64,000 nucleotides of DNA from Berkelbacteria bacterium GW2011_GWE1_39_12 (GTDB lineage: Bacteria; Patescibacteriota; UBA1384; UBA12157), in contig CP011213.1 in the NCBI GenBank assembly GCA_001029735.1, positions 460,613-524,612 on the forward strand, written 5' to 3'. Positions 29,292 through 38,605 of the stretch are shown piece by piece (within the stretch, counting starts at the first letter, position 1; each line of letters starts with the position of its first letter). A model generated the notes under the pieces. It was not told where the DNA came from. It saw only the letters and a program-made list of their open reading frames with translations, and made no database searches. The translations under genes were made by a program, and so were the position numbers.

Positions 29292-30677
29292 GTGCAGATT
29301 TCGGGACTTCAAATTAGCGGAACTCGAGTTTCTTTGCTTACCTTGAAAAAACAGGGCGATGCTTTGCATGTCCTTTCTTTTGCTACGCTCGAATTAAAAG
29401 ACGGTATTATTGAAAACGGTATTTTAAAAAATCCGAGAGAACTAACCACGGCTTTAATTGCTTTAAAAAAGATGGGTAAGCCTAAAAAAATTGGCAGCAA
29501 CTATGTGGTTGTGGGTTTACCGGAGGAATTAGTTTACTTAACCGTTAAGCCTTTTCCTTCAATTGAAGAAGACGATATCAGAGATGCTTTAGAACTTAAC
29601 TTAAGGGAGTTCATGCCCGGCGATTCAGAAAAAATCTTTTGGGGTTTTCAGAGTATCAAAACCAAAGAAAATGCTGAAGTTCTCTTGGCCTCGGTTAATC
29701 ATGAAGCCTTAACCGCATATCTCAGCGTGTTTGCAAATGCCAAACTCACACCAGTGGCGGTTGAGCCATCGTCCCTGGCTTCGGCCCGCGCTTTTAAAGA
29801 AATCAGCCCATCGTTATTAGTTGATATCGATAAAAAAAATGTATTGGTTGCAGCTTTTAGCGATAAGATTGTTCGTTATAGTAACGGTTTTCCATTTGAT
29901 GGTGAGAATCTGGCTTTGACAATCAAAAAGATAATAGGTTTTTATAAATCAAAGAGAGAACTTGAATCGGTAGACATTATAATTTCCGGACGTGTGTCGG
30001 CAGACGAAATTTCCAAGCTCAATAAATATACCGGTGAAAATGTTTTAGCTGCCAAAGAAAAATTAATTTTTAAAAACGGAGAGGTTAGTTCGCCAGTCGT
30101 CCTAGGCTTAGCAATGAGAGGCTTGTTAGAGCAGAAAGACGATGAAAATCTTTCCTTATTACCCCTTGGGACAGCCGAAGGATATGAGGAAAAGAAGGCT
30201 CTGTATTCTGTTGGTGCCATCGCCAACCTTACTACCGTTGTCAGTATTCTCTTTATTGCTATTTTTATTGGCTTTATTGTCCTTTTAAATTATTTGAGTT
30301 ATTCGTCTGATCAGCAACTTTCGACTTTAAGTAGTCAAAAGATTGATCCGCAAACTACTGAAGCCCAAAAAAAGTTGGCGGCTTTGGAGCCAAAAGTTTC
30401 CTATATTAAAACTATTTCCAAGGGAGTTTCGCCCATTGGCGATAAAATTCAAGGAGTCACTTCTGCTGCTCCCGATGGAATAAATTTAAAAAGTGTAACG
30501 ATGGCCAAGGACACTTCGACTATCCAAGCGGTAGGTACTGCTCAGGATCGTGATACTTTGGGTGTCTTTAAAGATGGGTTAATAGAGAACAAGCTTTTTT
30601 CTAAAGTCGATCTTATCTCGACGAGCGTGACTGATACCTCGGTTGATTTCACCATTAACATAGCCATAAAGAAATAA
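29292..30677 (+). CDS. PilM-PilN fusion protein
   Basis: Actin-like PilM N-terminus (GL.IS, G.I, VEP..LA..R, GLA.R), followed by LSLLP, a TM helix and a PilN-like domain. Confidence 0.8.
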   Translation: MQISGLQISGTRVSLLTLKKQGDALHVLSFATLELKDGIIENGILKNPRELTTALIALKKMGKPKKIGSNYVVVGLPEELVYLTVKPFPSIEEDDIRDALELNLREFMPGDSEKIFWGFQSIKTKENAEVLLASVNHEALTAYLSVFANAKLTPVAVEPSSLASARAFKEISPSLLVDIDKKNVLVAAFSDKIVRYSNGFPFDGENLALTIKKIIGFYKSKRELESVDIIISGRVSADEISKLNKYTGENVLAAKEKLIFKNGEVSSPVVLGLAMRGLLEQKDDENLSLLPLGTAEGYEEKKALYSVGAIANLTTVVSILFIAIFIGFIVLLNYLSYSSDQQLSTLSSQKIDPQTTEAQKKLAALEPKVSYIKTISKGVSPIGDKIQGVTSAAPDGINLKSVTMAKDTSTIQAVGTAQDRDTLGVFKDGLIENKLFSKVDLISTSVTDTSVDFTINIAIKK

Positions 30678-30678
30678 A

Positions 30679-31272
30679 ATGCAAGAAAAAAAATTACAAA
30701 TTATCGAAGACCCTAAGGTAACGATTCGAAAGGCAGTTCGTAAGACTACTGTAATTTCTCTATCGGTCATCATTATAACGATTGCCGCTATTTTTTTTCT
30801 TGTCAAAGAAATTAATAAGAAAACTTTAGCCATACAGACTAAGCAAAATTTGATTTATTCGACAAATCAAAAAGCCAATGCCAGTGCCGAATTGATGCGC
30901 CAATGGTTAGAGATTGCGCCGAATATGGAAAAAATCAACAATTCCTTACCGGCAGCCAGTAACTTATTGGATTATATGGGTGAATTAGAGAAGATTGCAT
31001 CTGAAGTCGGCGTGAGTCAGAATGTCAAAATTCAATCGGTACCTACCAATGGTGTGGTAGTAGGTTCGGTTGTACCTAAAGGCGCGAGTGTGGAATATAC
31101 TATTGAATTAAAAGGTGATTTCAACCAGTTCGATGATTACTTGTCGCGGCTGGAGAATGCGCCTTTCTACACTCAAATTACGGCTGTAAATTACATCGGT
31201 CCGGATTCGACGAGTAAAACATCAATTGGTTCTGCTACTATTGGCGCTAAGGTTTACACGTTTGGTAACTAA
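30679..31272 (+). CDS. PilO-like protein
   Basis: TM helix, coiled coil, LP and G.F.....YL..LEN motifs. Confidence 0.75.
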   Translation: MQEKKLQIIEDPKVTIRKAVRKTTVISLSVIIITIAAIFFLVKEINKKTLAIQTKQNLIYSTNQKANASAELMRQWLEIAPNMEKINNSLPAASNLLDYMGELEKIASEVGVSQNVKIQSVPTNGVVVGSVVPKGASVEYTIELKGDFNQFDDYLSRLENAPFYTQITAVNYIGPDSTSKTSIGSATIGAKVYTFGN

Positions 31273-31284
31273 AAAGAGGTTGTT

Positions 31285-31482
31285 TTGTATATCAAAGAAA
31301 GCATTATCCGTTTAATCTATATCTTTTTGTTTATCACCTTTGCCGGATGTCTATTTTTTACGACCAGGTACTTAAGTAATGCTGGGAAAGTAGCAAATAA
31401 TCCTAGTAATGAAGTAATTAGCGCTAATGCAAACAGTGTCGATCAAAAAACGCTCGAACAGATACTAATAAAAGTCCAATAA
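31285..31482 (+). CDS. Small membrane protein at the end of the pilus operon
   Basis: GAGG RBS, TTG start, one TM helix. Confidence 0.55.
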   Translation: MYIKESIIRLIYIFLFITFAGCLFFTTRYLSNAGKVANNPSNEVISANANSVDQKTLEQILIKVQ

Positions 31483-31513
31483 GATTTGACTCTTAGAGGG
31501 AAAGCACCTTACA

Positions 31514-32236
31514 ATGGGCTTGTCACTATTTTTTGATAACGAACTAAACCTGGAGCGAAATTTGTCAGACTTTAAGAGAAGAAAAATTAGTTTTGAAAAA
31601 AACCTTGGCGAAATTTTAAAATCTGCTCGTAAGAAAAAAGAAATTACTTTAGACCAAGCTGAGGAAGAAACAAAAGTTCGAGTTAAATATTTGAAGGCAC
31701 TGGAAGAGGGCCGCTATGAAGCGCTGCCTGGGAATGTTTATGCCTTGGGATTTCTCTCTAAATATGTTGATTTTTTAGAGCTAAACAAAGAAGATTTAAT
31801 GCGCCGTTTCCGCTTGGAGCGAGGCGAATCTCAATACGACGACTTTCATTCTAAATTAATGCCAGAGCGGCGAATTAAAGAACCTTTACTATATTTGACG
31901 CCAAAAGTGGTGGTTGTGGTGTCAGTTATTTTGGTTTTAGCCGGACTTTTGGGGTATATTATTTATAGTGTTAGAGCGTTTACAACTCCGCCGAACCTAC
32001 TGGTTTCGTCGCCATCCTCAGAGCAGGTTTTAACCAGAAGCACAGTGGATATTATTGGTAAAACAGACGAAGGCGTGACATTATTAATTAACGATCAAAC
32101 AGTTTTGCTTGATGATCGAGGAAATTTTACGCAACAAGTAAAATTAAATCCTGGCCTTAATACTTTTGAGGTAAAGGCGATTAGTCGGTTGAAAAAAGAG
32201 AAAGTGGTTCAAGTCAAAATTTTAGCACAATTTTAA
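31514..32236 (+). CDS. RodZ-like HTH + TM + Ig-like protein (start probably TTG 31562)
   Basis: LGE.LK.AR…YL.ALEEG.Y..LP..VY..GF HTH motif; TM helix; C-terminal Ig-like L..GLN.F. Confidence 0.85.
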   Translation: MGLSLFFDNELNLERNLSDFKRRKISFEKNLGEILKSARKKKEITLDQAEEETKVRVKYLKALEEGRYEALPGNVYALGFLSKYVDFLELNKEDLMRRFRLERGESQYDDFHSKLMPERRIKEPLLYLTPKVVVVVSVILVLAGLLGYIIYSVRAFTTPPNLLVSSPSSEQVLTRSTVDIIGKTDEGVTLLINDQTVLLDDRGNFTQQVKLNPGLNTFEVKAISRLKKEKVVQVKILAQF

Positions 32237-32260
32237 ATAATTAAGGGGCAACGGAGAAAA

Positions 32261-32313
32261 TATGGCCAAGCCAAAAGCTTGTCGCGGAATTTTCTCCAAA
32301 AGGAGAAAATATG
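32261..32313 (+). repeat. Twin-hairpin element at the recA start
   Basis: TATG gccaagc..gcttgtc GCGGA attttctcc-aaaa-ggagaaaat ATG. Confidence 0.8.
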
Positions 32314-33456
32314 GCAAATGGTGAAGACAAGGCAAAAAAAGAAGCATTAGAAATGGCTTTTTCGCAGATTGAGCGTCAGTTTGGCACTGGTGCCATTATG
32401 CGATTCGGTCAAAAAGAGAAGTTAAAAATCGATGCGATTTCGACTGGTTCGGTTTCTTTGGATTTAGCTTTAGGGGTTGGCGGTTTTCCTCGCGGCCGTA
32501 TCATTGAAATTTATGGTCCTGAAGCTTCGGGTAAAACTACTTTGGCTTTGCATGCGATCGCCGAAGCTCAGAAAAAAGGTGGCATCGCCGCTTTTGTCGA
32601 CGCTGAACATGCTTTTGATCCTGAATATGCCGCCAGAATTGGCATTAATACCGAAGAATTATTAATTTCTCAGCCGGACACAGGGGAGCAAGCATTAGAA
32701 ATTACCGAAACCTTAGTTCGCTCAAATGCTTTGGACATAATTGTCGTTGACTCTGTTGCCGCTTTGGTGCCACGCGCAGAAATCGAAGGCGAAATGGGCG
32801 ATTCAATGATGGGTGTCCAGGCAAGATTGATGAGCCAAGCTCTTCGCAAGCTTACTGGTGCCATTTCCAAAAGTAAAACCATTGTTATTTTTATTAACCA
32901 GATTCGTATGAAAATCGGCGTAATGTTTGGTAACCCTGAAACCACTGCTGGTGGTATGGCTTTGAAGTTTTATTCATCAATTAGATTAGATATTCGCCGC
33001 ACCGAGCAACTGAAAAATGGTGAAGAAATTGTTGGAAACCACACGAAAGTAAAAATTGTGAAGAATAAAGTGGCTCCACCATTCCGTATCGCTGAATTTG
33101 ATATTATGTATGGTGAAGGTATTTCCAAAACTGGTGAATTGCTGGATATCGGTGTTAAAGAAGGCATTGTCAGTAAAGCCGGTTCTTGGTATCAATTTGG
33201 CACAGAAAAACTTGGCCAAGGCAGAGAAGGCGCGAAGGAATATTTAGCTGATCACCATAAAATTGCCAAAGAAATTGAAGAATTAATTTTTGAAAAGATC
33301 GAAAAAGAAGAATCGGACGATAAGCAGGAAAAACAGGACAAGCAAGAAAAAAGAGAGAAACAGGACAAAGAGGAGAATAAGTCGGATAAATCCGAAAAGC
33401 AAGAAAAAGTTGAAAAAGCCGAGAAACCTGTTAAGGCAGAAAAAGTCGAAGAATAA
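32311..33456 (+). CDS. recA: Recombinase A with a long charged C-terminal tail
   Basis: [22 protein letters not shown] and KNKVAPPF motifs. Confidence 0.98.
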   Translation: MANGEDKAKKEALEMAFSQIERQFGTGAIMRFGQKEKLKIDAISTGSVSLDLALGVGGFPRGRIIEIYGPEASGKTTLALHAIAEAQKKGGIAAFVDAEHAFDPEYAARIGINTEELLISQPDTGEQALEITETLVRSNALDIIVVDSVAALVPRAEIEGEMGDSMMGVQARLMSQALRKLTGAISKSKTIVIFINQIRMKIGVMFGNPETTAGGMALKFYSSIRLDIRRTEQLKNGEEIVGNHTKVKIVKNKVAPPFRIAEFDIMYGEGISKTGELLDIGVKEGIVSKAGSWYQFGTEKLGQGREGAKEYLADHHKIAKEIEELIFEKIEKEESDDKQEKQDKQEKREKQDKEENKSDKSEKQEKVEKAEKPVKAEKVEE

Positions 33457-33483
33457 TGCTTTTTAACTAATTCGGAAATAATT

Positions 33484-33912
33484 ATGCACGATCCTGGCAG
33501 CACGCTGAAGATCGCTCTAACTTTTTTAAAGTTCCGGCCACGGACGGTTTTTGAGTTAACTGAAAAGTTAAAGAGCAAAAACATTTCACAGGAAGAAATC
33601 GATAAAACACTTGAAGTCTTAACAAGAAATAAATTGTTAGGAGACGCAGAATTTGCTAAGATGTGGGTAAGGGATAGAAATCTGTTTAAGCCATCAGGGT
33701 CCTTTGTTTTGAAGTTGGAACTCAGAAAGCTGGGTGTATCAGATGAAGATATTGAGACGGCTTTAGAAAACCAAGATGAAGAAGCACTGGCAAGAAAGGC
33801 TTTGGAATCTAAATCCCGATATCGTAATGCGGAATTTAATAAACAGGCACAGTTTCTTCAGCGCAGAGGTTTTAATCCCGGCATTATCTTTAAAATTTTG
33901 AAAAAAAATTAA
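33484..33912 (+). CDS. recX: Regulatory protein RecX
   Basis: R.RT..EL..KL, D.EFA, EL.K.GV and L.RRGF motifs; follows recA. Confidence 0.9.
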   Translation: MHDPGSTLKIALTFLKFRPRTVFELTEKLKSKNISQEEIDKTLEVLTRNKLLGDAEFAKMWVRDRNLFKPSGSFVLKLELRKLGVSDEDIETALENQDEEALARKALESKSRYRNAEFNKQAQFLQRRGFNPGIIFKILKKN

Positions 33913-33928
33913 AAAAGCAGGAGGGGCT

Positions 33929-36265
33929 TTGAGTAAAAATATACTTTGGTTCAAGGAAGTTACTAAGGACGATATCGGTCTTGTCGGTGGTAAAGGTGCG
34001 AACTTGGGCGAACTCACACGTGCTGGGCTGCCAGTGCCTCCTGGATTTATCGTAACGGCGCAGGCTTATTTTGATTTTGTGAAAGCCACTGGACTCGATC
34101 AAGATATCAAAAAACTATTAACTGGAATCGATCCGGAAAATAGCAAAGTCTTGCACGAAATTGCCACAAAGTTACAAAAAGATATTATCAGCAAGCCAAT
34201 GCCGACTGATTTAAGTAAAGAAATTATTCACAGTTACCAAGAACTCTACACTAAGGGCGCTTCAAGTATTTTTGTAGCCGTCCGTTCTTCTGCTACCGCG
34301 GAAGATCTACCTGGAGCGTCATTTGCTGGTCAGCAAGCCACCTTTTTAAATACTTCAGGTTCTGACGAAGTGGTTAAAGCTGTTAGAAAATGTTGGGCTT
34401 CACTTTTTGAAGCCAGAGCAATTTATTATCGCGCAATTAACAAATTTGATCATATGAAGGTTGGAATTGCCGTGCCAGTACAAAAGATGATTCAATCTGA
34501 GAAATCAGGCATTATGTTTACATTGGATCCGATGACTAACGATGAATCTCGTATTGTGATCGAGGCTGGCTGGGGGCTAGGCGAGGCCATCGTTAGTGGC
34601 TCGGTGACGCCTGACCATTATGTTGTTTCGAAAAGCGATATGAAGATATTAGAAAAGAAAGTTGAAAAGCAGACTTGGAAGATCGCCAAAGTTGGAAATG
34701 GGGATAAGCATGTGACGATTGATAAGAAGGAACAAGAAATACAGAAACTAACAGATGAAGAAATTGTCGAAGTGGCAAAGATGGGAAAAGAAATAGAAGA
34801 ACACTATAAGTTTCCTCAAGATACAGAATGGGCCGTTGAAAATGGCAAAATTTATTTTGTCCAATCAAGACCGATTACAACGATTGATATTAAAAAACCT
34901 GACAACGATAAGCCTACAGATGGAAAAGGAGACGCCAATGATGTCTCAAAAGCCGAAGTGATTTTGAAAGGTGCCGCCGCTTCTCTTGGCTTGGCATCTG
35001 GTCCGGTGATAAAATTGCAAAATCCGTCTGAAACCGATCGAGTTAAAAAAGGCGACGTGTTAGTGACAGAGATGACTACGCCCGACTATGTGCCGGCCAT
35101 GAAAAAAGCTTCTGCAATTGTCACTGATACTGGGGGTCAAACCTCTCATGCTGCCATTGTTAGCCGCGAACTCGGTATTCCTTGTGTTGTTGGGACTGGT
35201 ACGGCAACCCATGTCTTAAAAGATGGCCAGATAATTTCTGTCGATGGTGCCAAAGGTGTGGTTTATAAAGGTAAAATAACGAGAACCGAGGCACCTGGAA
35301 CTGAAAATGCTGTCGCTGGAACACATCCAGTTTCTGGCTCAATGGTGACGGAAGTGCCGGTGACGGCAACAAAAGTCTATGTTAACTTGGGCGAACCATC
35401 AGCGGCGGAAAGAGTGGCTCAGCTACCTTGCGATGGAGTGGGACTACTTCGCGCCGAATTTATGATCGCTGAAATTGGCGAACACCCAAGAGCCTTGGTA
35501 AATGCCGGCAAAGCTGATTTTTATGTCGATAAACTGGCCGAAGGCATGCGCACAATTAGCCAGGCTTTTCATCCTCGACCGGTGATTTATCGCGCGACAG
35601 ACTTCAAAACTAATGAATATAGAAATCTTAAAGGTGGCGAAAATATTGAGCCGCAAGAAAATAATCCAATGATTGGTTATCGTGGGGCTTCTCGCTATAT
35701 TAAAGAACCAGACCTATTCAAGCTTGAATTAGAAGCGATGAAGAGGGTGCGAAATAAATATGACCTGAAAAATCTTTGGATCATGATTCCGTTTGTTCGA
35801 ACAGTCGAAGAACTTGAAAAAGTTAAGGCGATGATCGAAGAAGCGGGCTTAGAACGCAGCAATGATTTCAAAATCTGGATGATGGCCGAAATTCCATCAA
35901 ATGTCATCTTGATGGATCGATTCCTAAATGTTGGTGTTGATGGAGTTTCAATCGGATCAAATGACTTAACTCAGCTCACTTTAGGTATTGATCGAGATAA
36001 CGAGCACATGGCTGAAGAATTTGACGAAAGAGATCATGCTGTCGAACTTTCAATTGCTCATATTATTAAGACTTGCCGTAAACATCACGTAACTTGTTCG
36101 ATTTGCGGCCAAGCGGCCACGACTTATCCGGAAATCGCTGAATTGATGGTAAGAGAGGGTGCAACTTCTGTTTCAGTTTCACCAGATTCGGTCGTTGCTA
36201 CTCGCCGTTTAATTGCCTCTGTTGAAACCAAAATATTGCTAAACAAGATTGTCGACGACAACTAG
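33929..36265 (+). CDS. ppsA: Phosphoenolpyruvate synthase
   Basis: GGKGANLGE, AVRSSATAED, GG.TSHAAIVSRE, E.NPMIG.RG and SIGSNDLTQ motifs. Confidence 0.96.
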   Translation: MSKNILWFKEVTKDDIGLVGGKGANLGELTRAGLPVPPGFIVTAQAYFDFVKATGLDQDIKKLLTGIDPENSKVLHEIATKLQKDIISKPMPTDLSKEIIHSYQELYTKGASSIFVAVRSSATAEDLPGASFAGQQATFLNTSGSDEVVKAVRKCWASLFEARAIYYRAINKFDHMKVGIAVPVQKMIQSEKSGIMFTLDPMTNDESRIVIEAGWGLGEAIVSGSVTPDHYVVSKSDMKILEKKVEKQTWKIAKVGNGDKHVTIDKKEQEIQKLTDEEIVEVAKMGKEIEEHYKFPQDTEWAVENGKIYFVQSRPITTIDIKKPDNDKPTDGKGDANDVSKAEVILKGAAASLGLASGPVIKLQNPSETDRVKKGDVLVTEMTTPDYVPAMKKASAIVTDTGGQTSHAAIVSRELGIPCVVGTGTATHVLKDGQIISVDGAKGVVYKGKITRTEAPGTENAVAGTHPVSGSMVTEVPVTATKVYVNLGEPSAAERVAQLPCDGVGLLRAEFMIAEIGEHPRALVNAGKADFYVDKLAEGMRTISQAFHPRPVIYRATDFKTNEYRNLKGGENIEPQENNPMIGYRGASRYIKEPDLFKLELEAMKRVRNKYDLKNLWIMIPFVRTVEELEKVKAMIEEAGLERSNDFKIWMMAEIPSNVILMDRFLNVGVDGVSIGSNDLTQLTLGIDRDNEHMAEEFDERDHAVELSIAHIIKTCRKHHVTCSICGQAATTYPEIAELMVREGATSVSVSPDSVVATRRLIASVETKILLNKIVDDN

Positions 36266-36437
36266 CCGGTTAAGAGTATTTACTCTTGACAAACGCTGCA
36301 ATTTGTCGTATGCTGACAATACCTTTTAATGGAAGGTGGTGATAGCCTGGTGCTGTTTAACAGTTCGTGAAGGTTTTTTCGTTTTCAAAGATGGTAACCA
36401 TGGCTTAACAGAACATCAAGAAGACGAAGGAGAGAAA

Positions 36438-36626
36438 ATGGGAGCACTTAGTGCGCATGATCGTAAGGTGATTCGTAAGGCCGATGATCCTTCTGCTCGC
36501 CCTGGATTACGAGAAAAAGCCAGTGAGATAGTCACCTCCAAAGCAATCGGTAGCGGGTCTACTGGCCGCCGCCGTAATAACAATTCACGTTCTGAAACTC
36601 ATCGCGTTTCGCGCGCAAGATGCTGA
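36438..36626 (+). CDS. Hypothetical basic protein
   Basis: AAGGAG RBS before ATG 36438; upstream promoter and terminator at 36649-36671. Confidence 0.45.
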   Translation: MGALSAHDRKVIRKADDPSARPGLREKASEIVTSKAIGSGSTGRRRNNNSRSETHRVSRARC

Positions 36627-36712
36627 TCTTGCATTCGTTGTTTTTGTAACCGCCCACCCGGGCGGTTTTTTCTTTTCTTTCAGGAGGAAATTTGGTAGAA
36701 TAAAAAAGTATT

Positions 36713-36802
36713 GGAGAGGTCGCATAGTGGCCTAGTGCGCGCGCTTGGAAAGCGCGTAAGTCCGCAAGGGCTTCGAGAGTTCGAATCTCTCCCTCTCCGC
36801 CA
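36713..36802 (+). tRNA. tRNA-Ser(GGA)
   Basis: GGAGAGG/CCTCTCC acceptor stem, cgcgc-TTGGAAA-gcgcg anticodon arm, long variable arm, TTCGAAT and encoded CCA. Confidence 0.96.
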
Positions 36803-36826
36803 AGAATAGCATGGAGACATAATATT

Positions 36827-37342
36827 ATGGTTAGAGGACCAAAATTAATCGTGCTCCGCGGGCCATCGGGATCAGGTAAAAGTACCGTAGCAAAAATCAT
36901 TTTCAAGGAAGCCCAGCATAAGACTGTATTGATTGAGCAAGACTATTATCGTTTTATCTTTAATCCACCAGGCGGTGACATGAAACCAAATACAGGCACA
37001 ATCCATCGGTTAATACTACACAATACATTGGAAGCGCTCAAGGATGGTTACGACGTTATCCTGGAAGGAATTTTGAGCGTAAAATCATATAATGGGATTC
37101 TGGAAGAAATCTTTCGCCAACATCCGCAGGATAATTACATCTTTTATTTTGATATAAGTTTGGAGGAAACGATAAGGCGTCATACCACACGGCCAGACAA
37201 GACTTTAATGTTTGGCGAAGAGGAGATGCGCAAATGGTATCCTAGAGCACATAAATCCAATCATGAGTTAGAGCAGATTATCCCGGAACAGTATTCAGTA
37301 AAAGAAACCGTAAAATATATTAAACAAACAGCCGGGTTGTAG
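36827..37342 (+). CDS. P-loop kinase (AAA_33 family)
   Basis: RGPSGSGKST, EQDY.R, VILEG and E..RRH motifs. Confidence 0.85.
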   Translation: MVRGPKLIVLRGPSGSGKSTVAKIIFKEAQHKTVLIEQDYYRFIFNPPGGDMKPNTGTIHRLILHNTLEALKDGYDVILEGILSVKSYNGILEEIFRQHPQDNYIFYFDISLEETIRRHTTRPDKTLMFGEEEMRKWYPRAHKSNHELEQIIPEQYSVKETVKYIKQTAGL

Positions 37343-37384
37343 ATCAGATTGCCTTGCCAAAGTTAATATTTTCAAGGAGTAATC

Positions 37385-38437
37385 TTGAGTGAATTTTCAC
37401 CCTTTAGCCAAGATCCTGAAGTTTTAGCTAGTATGCCTTTAACCGCAGACCTTGTGGAACATTCTGCTGAAGAAGAGAAAAAAGCTCCTTTGGAAAAGTA
37501 TCTAAATAGCGAAATTGTAAGTAAACTTACAAACCTATTTGATGAATTAGCAAAAAAATATGAAGATATGAGCTACGATTCAACTGACGGCTTAGATTTT
37601 GCCGATGAATTAAGTACTAGAGCAGAAGAAATATTTGCCTCTCAGAAAAATGAAGTAAGCGAAAGCGTTAAATTCTCATTTGGAAAAATGGGCGAAGTTC
37701 TTGAAGAGGATTTGGCCTTTTCACTTGACGAAGAAAGAGCTTCCGGCGGTTTTGTCTCAGAAAAAGAAGAAAAAATTTTAGAATGGTTCGATAATAATAG
37801 CCAAAAAGAAATGCTTCACGACATGGTTAAATGGCAGCAAGAAGCTATGAAAATGACACAATGGCTTTCAATGCTTGAAGGTGGAGATGTCTTAATCAAT
37901 CAATTTTATGAGCGTTGGCGCCAATTTGCCGGAAAAAGGCTTGGTGCTGAAGGGGCTGAATCAATTGTGCGAGGAATAACCGGCCCGCTTTTATTTTCAA
38001 AATTATGCGATGAGGCCGGCTACGACGTCTTTTTGCCAGATGTGGTTTGGGATCGTGATGAAAAAATTGATTTTTTAATTAAGGATAAAAGTTCTCAGGA
38101 TATGGTTTATGCCACACAGATGAAGTCAAAAAAAGCCGGTAATTTGGGCGTAAGAATCGAGGGTAGTAACGATCAGAGTGATCTTCAAGGAAAAGCGCTG
38201 AAGGAGAAAGAGAGTCTAGAAAAAAGTGTTGGAAAATTTGACCGTATATGGAGCGGTAAATATGGTATCAGAATGAAACCTTTGTTTGTCACGGTAGATG
38301 GTTTAATCGAAAGTCAATATGATTTAGGAACTGGTGAAATGGTTGATAAGAAATTAAAGTCTCAACTAATCGAAAATATTAAGCAATCACTTGCTAACCA
38401 AATAGGCTCAGAAGAGCAATTAGCGCAAGCTGCGTAA
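37385..38437 (+). CDS. Hypothetical protein with a possible C-terminal PD-(D/E)xK-like fold
   Basis: D...KIDF……QMKS pattern. Confidence 0.55.
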   Translation: MSEFSPFSQDPEVLASMPLTADLVEHSAEEEKKAPLEKYLNSEIVSKLTNLFDELAKKYEDMSYDSTDGLDFADELSTRAEEIFASQKNEVSESVKFSFGKMGEVLEEDLAFSLDEERASGGFVSEKEEKILEWFDNNSQKEMLHDMVKWQQEAMKMTQWLSMLEGGDVLINQFYERWRQFAGKRLGAEGAESIVRGITGPLLFSKLCDEAGYDVFLPDVVWDRDEKIDFLIKDKSSQDMVYATQMKSKKAGNLGVRIEGSNDQSDLQGKALKEKESLEKSVGKFDRIWSGKYGIRMKPLFVTVDGLIESQYDLGTGEMVDKKLKSQLIENIKQSLANQIGSEEQLAQAA

Positions 38438-38445
38438 GGAGAAAA

Positions 38446-38604
38446 ATGTCAGAAAACGAAAATTTACCAACCCCCGATGAATTAATGAATCCGCAAAGCA
38501 AAGTTATTAAAAAGGAACTGCCTTCTGTTGAAGAAAAGAAACCTGGAATTGAAGAAGAGTTGCCGGAAGATTTAGCAGAAAATAAAAAAGAAGAAGGACA
38601 ATAA
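38446..38604 (+). CDS. Small acidic protein, 52 aa; not in the ORF track
   Basis: AAGGAG RBS; stop codon adjacent to the permease ATG. Confidence 0.5.
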   Translation: MSENENLPTPDELMNPQSKVIKKELPSVEEKKPGIEEELPEDLAENKKEEGQ

Positions 38605-38605
38605 A

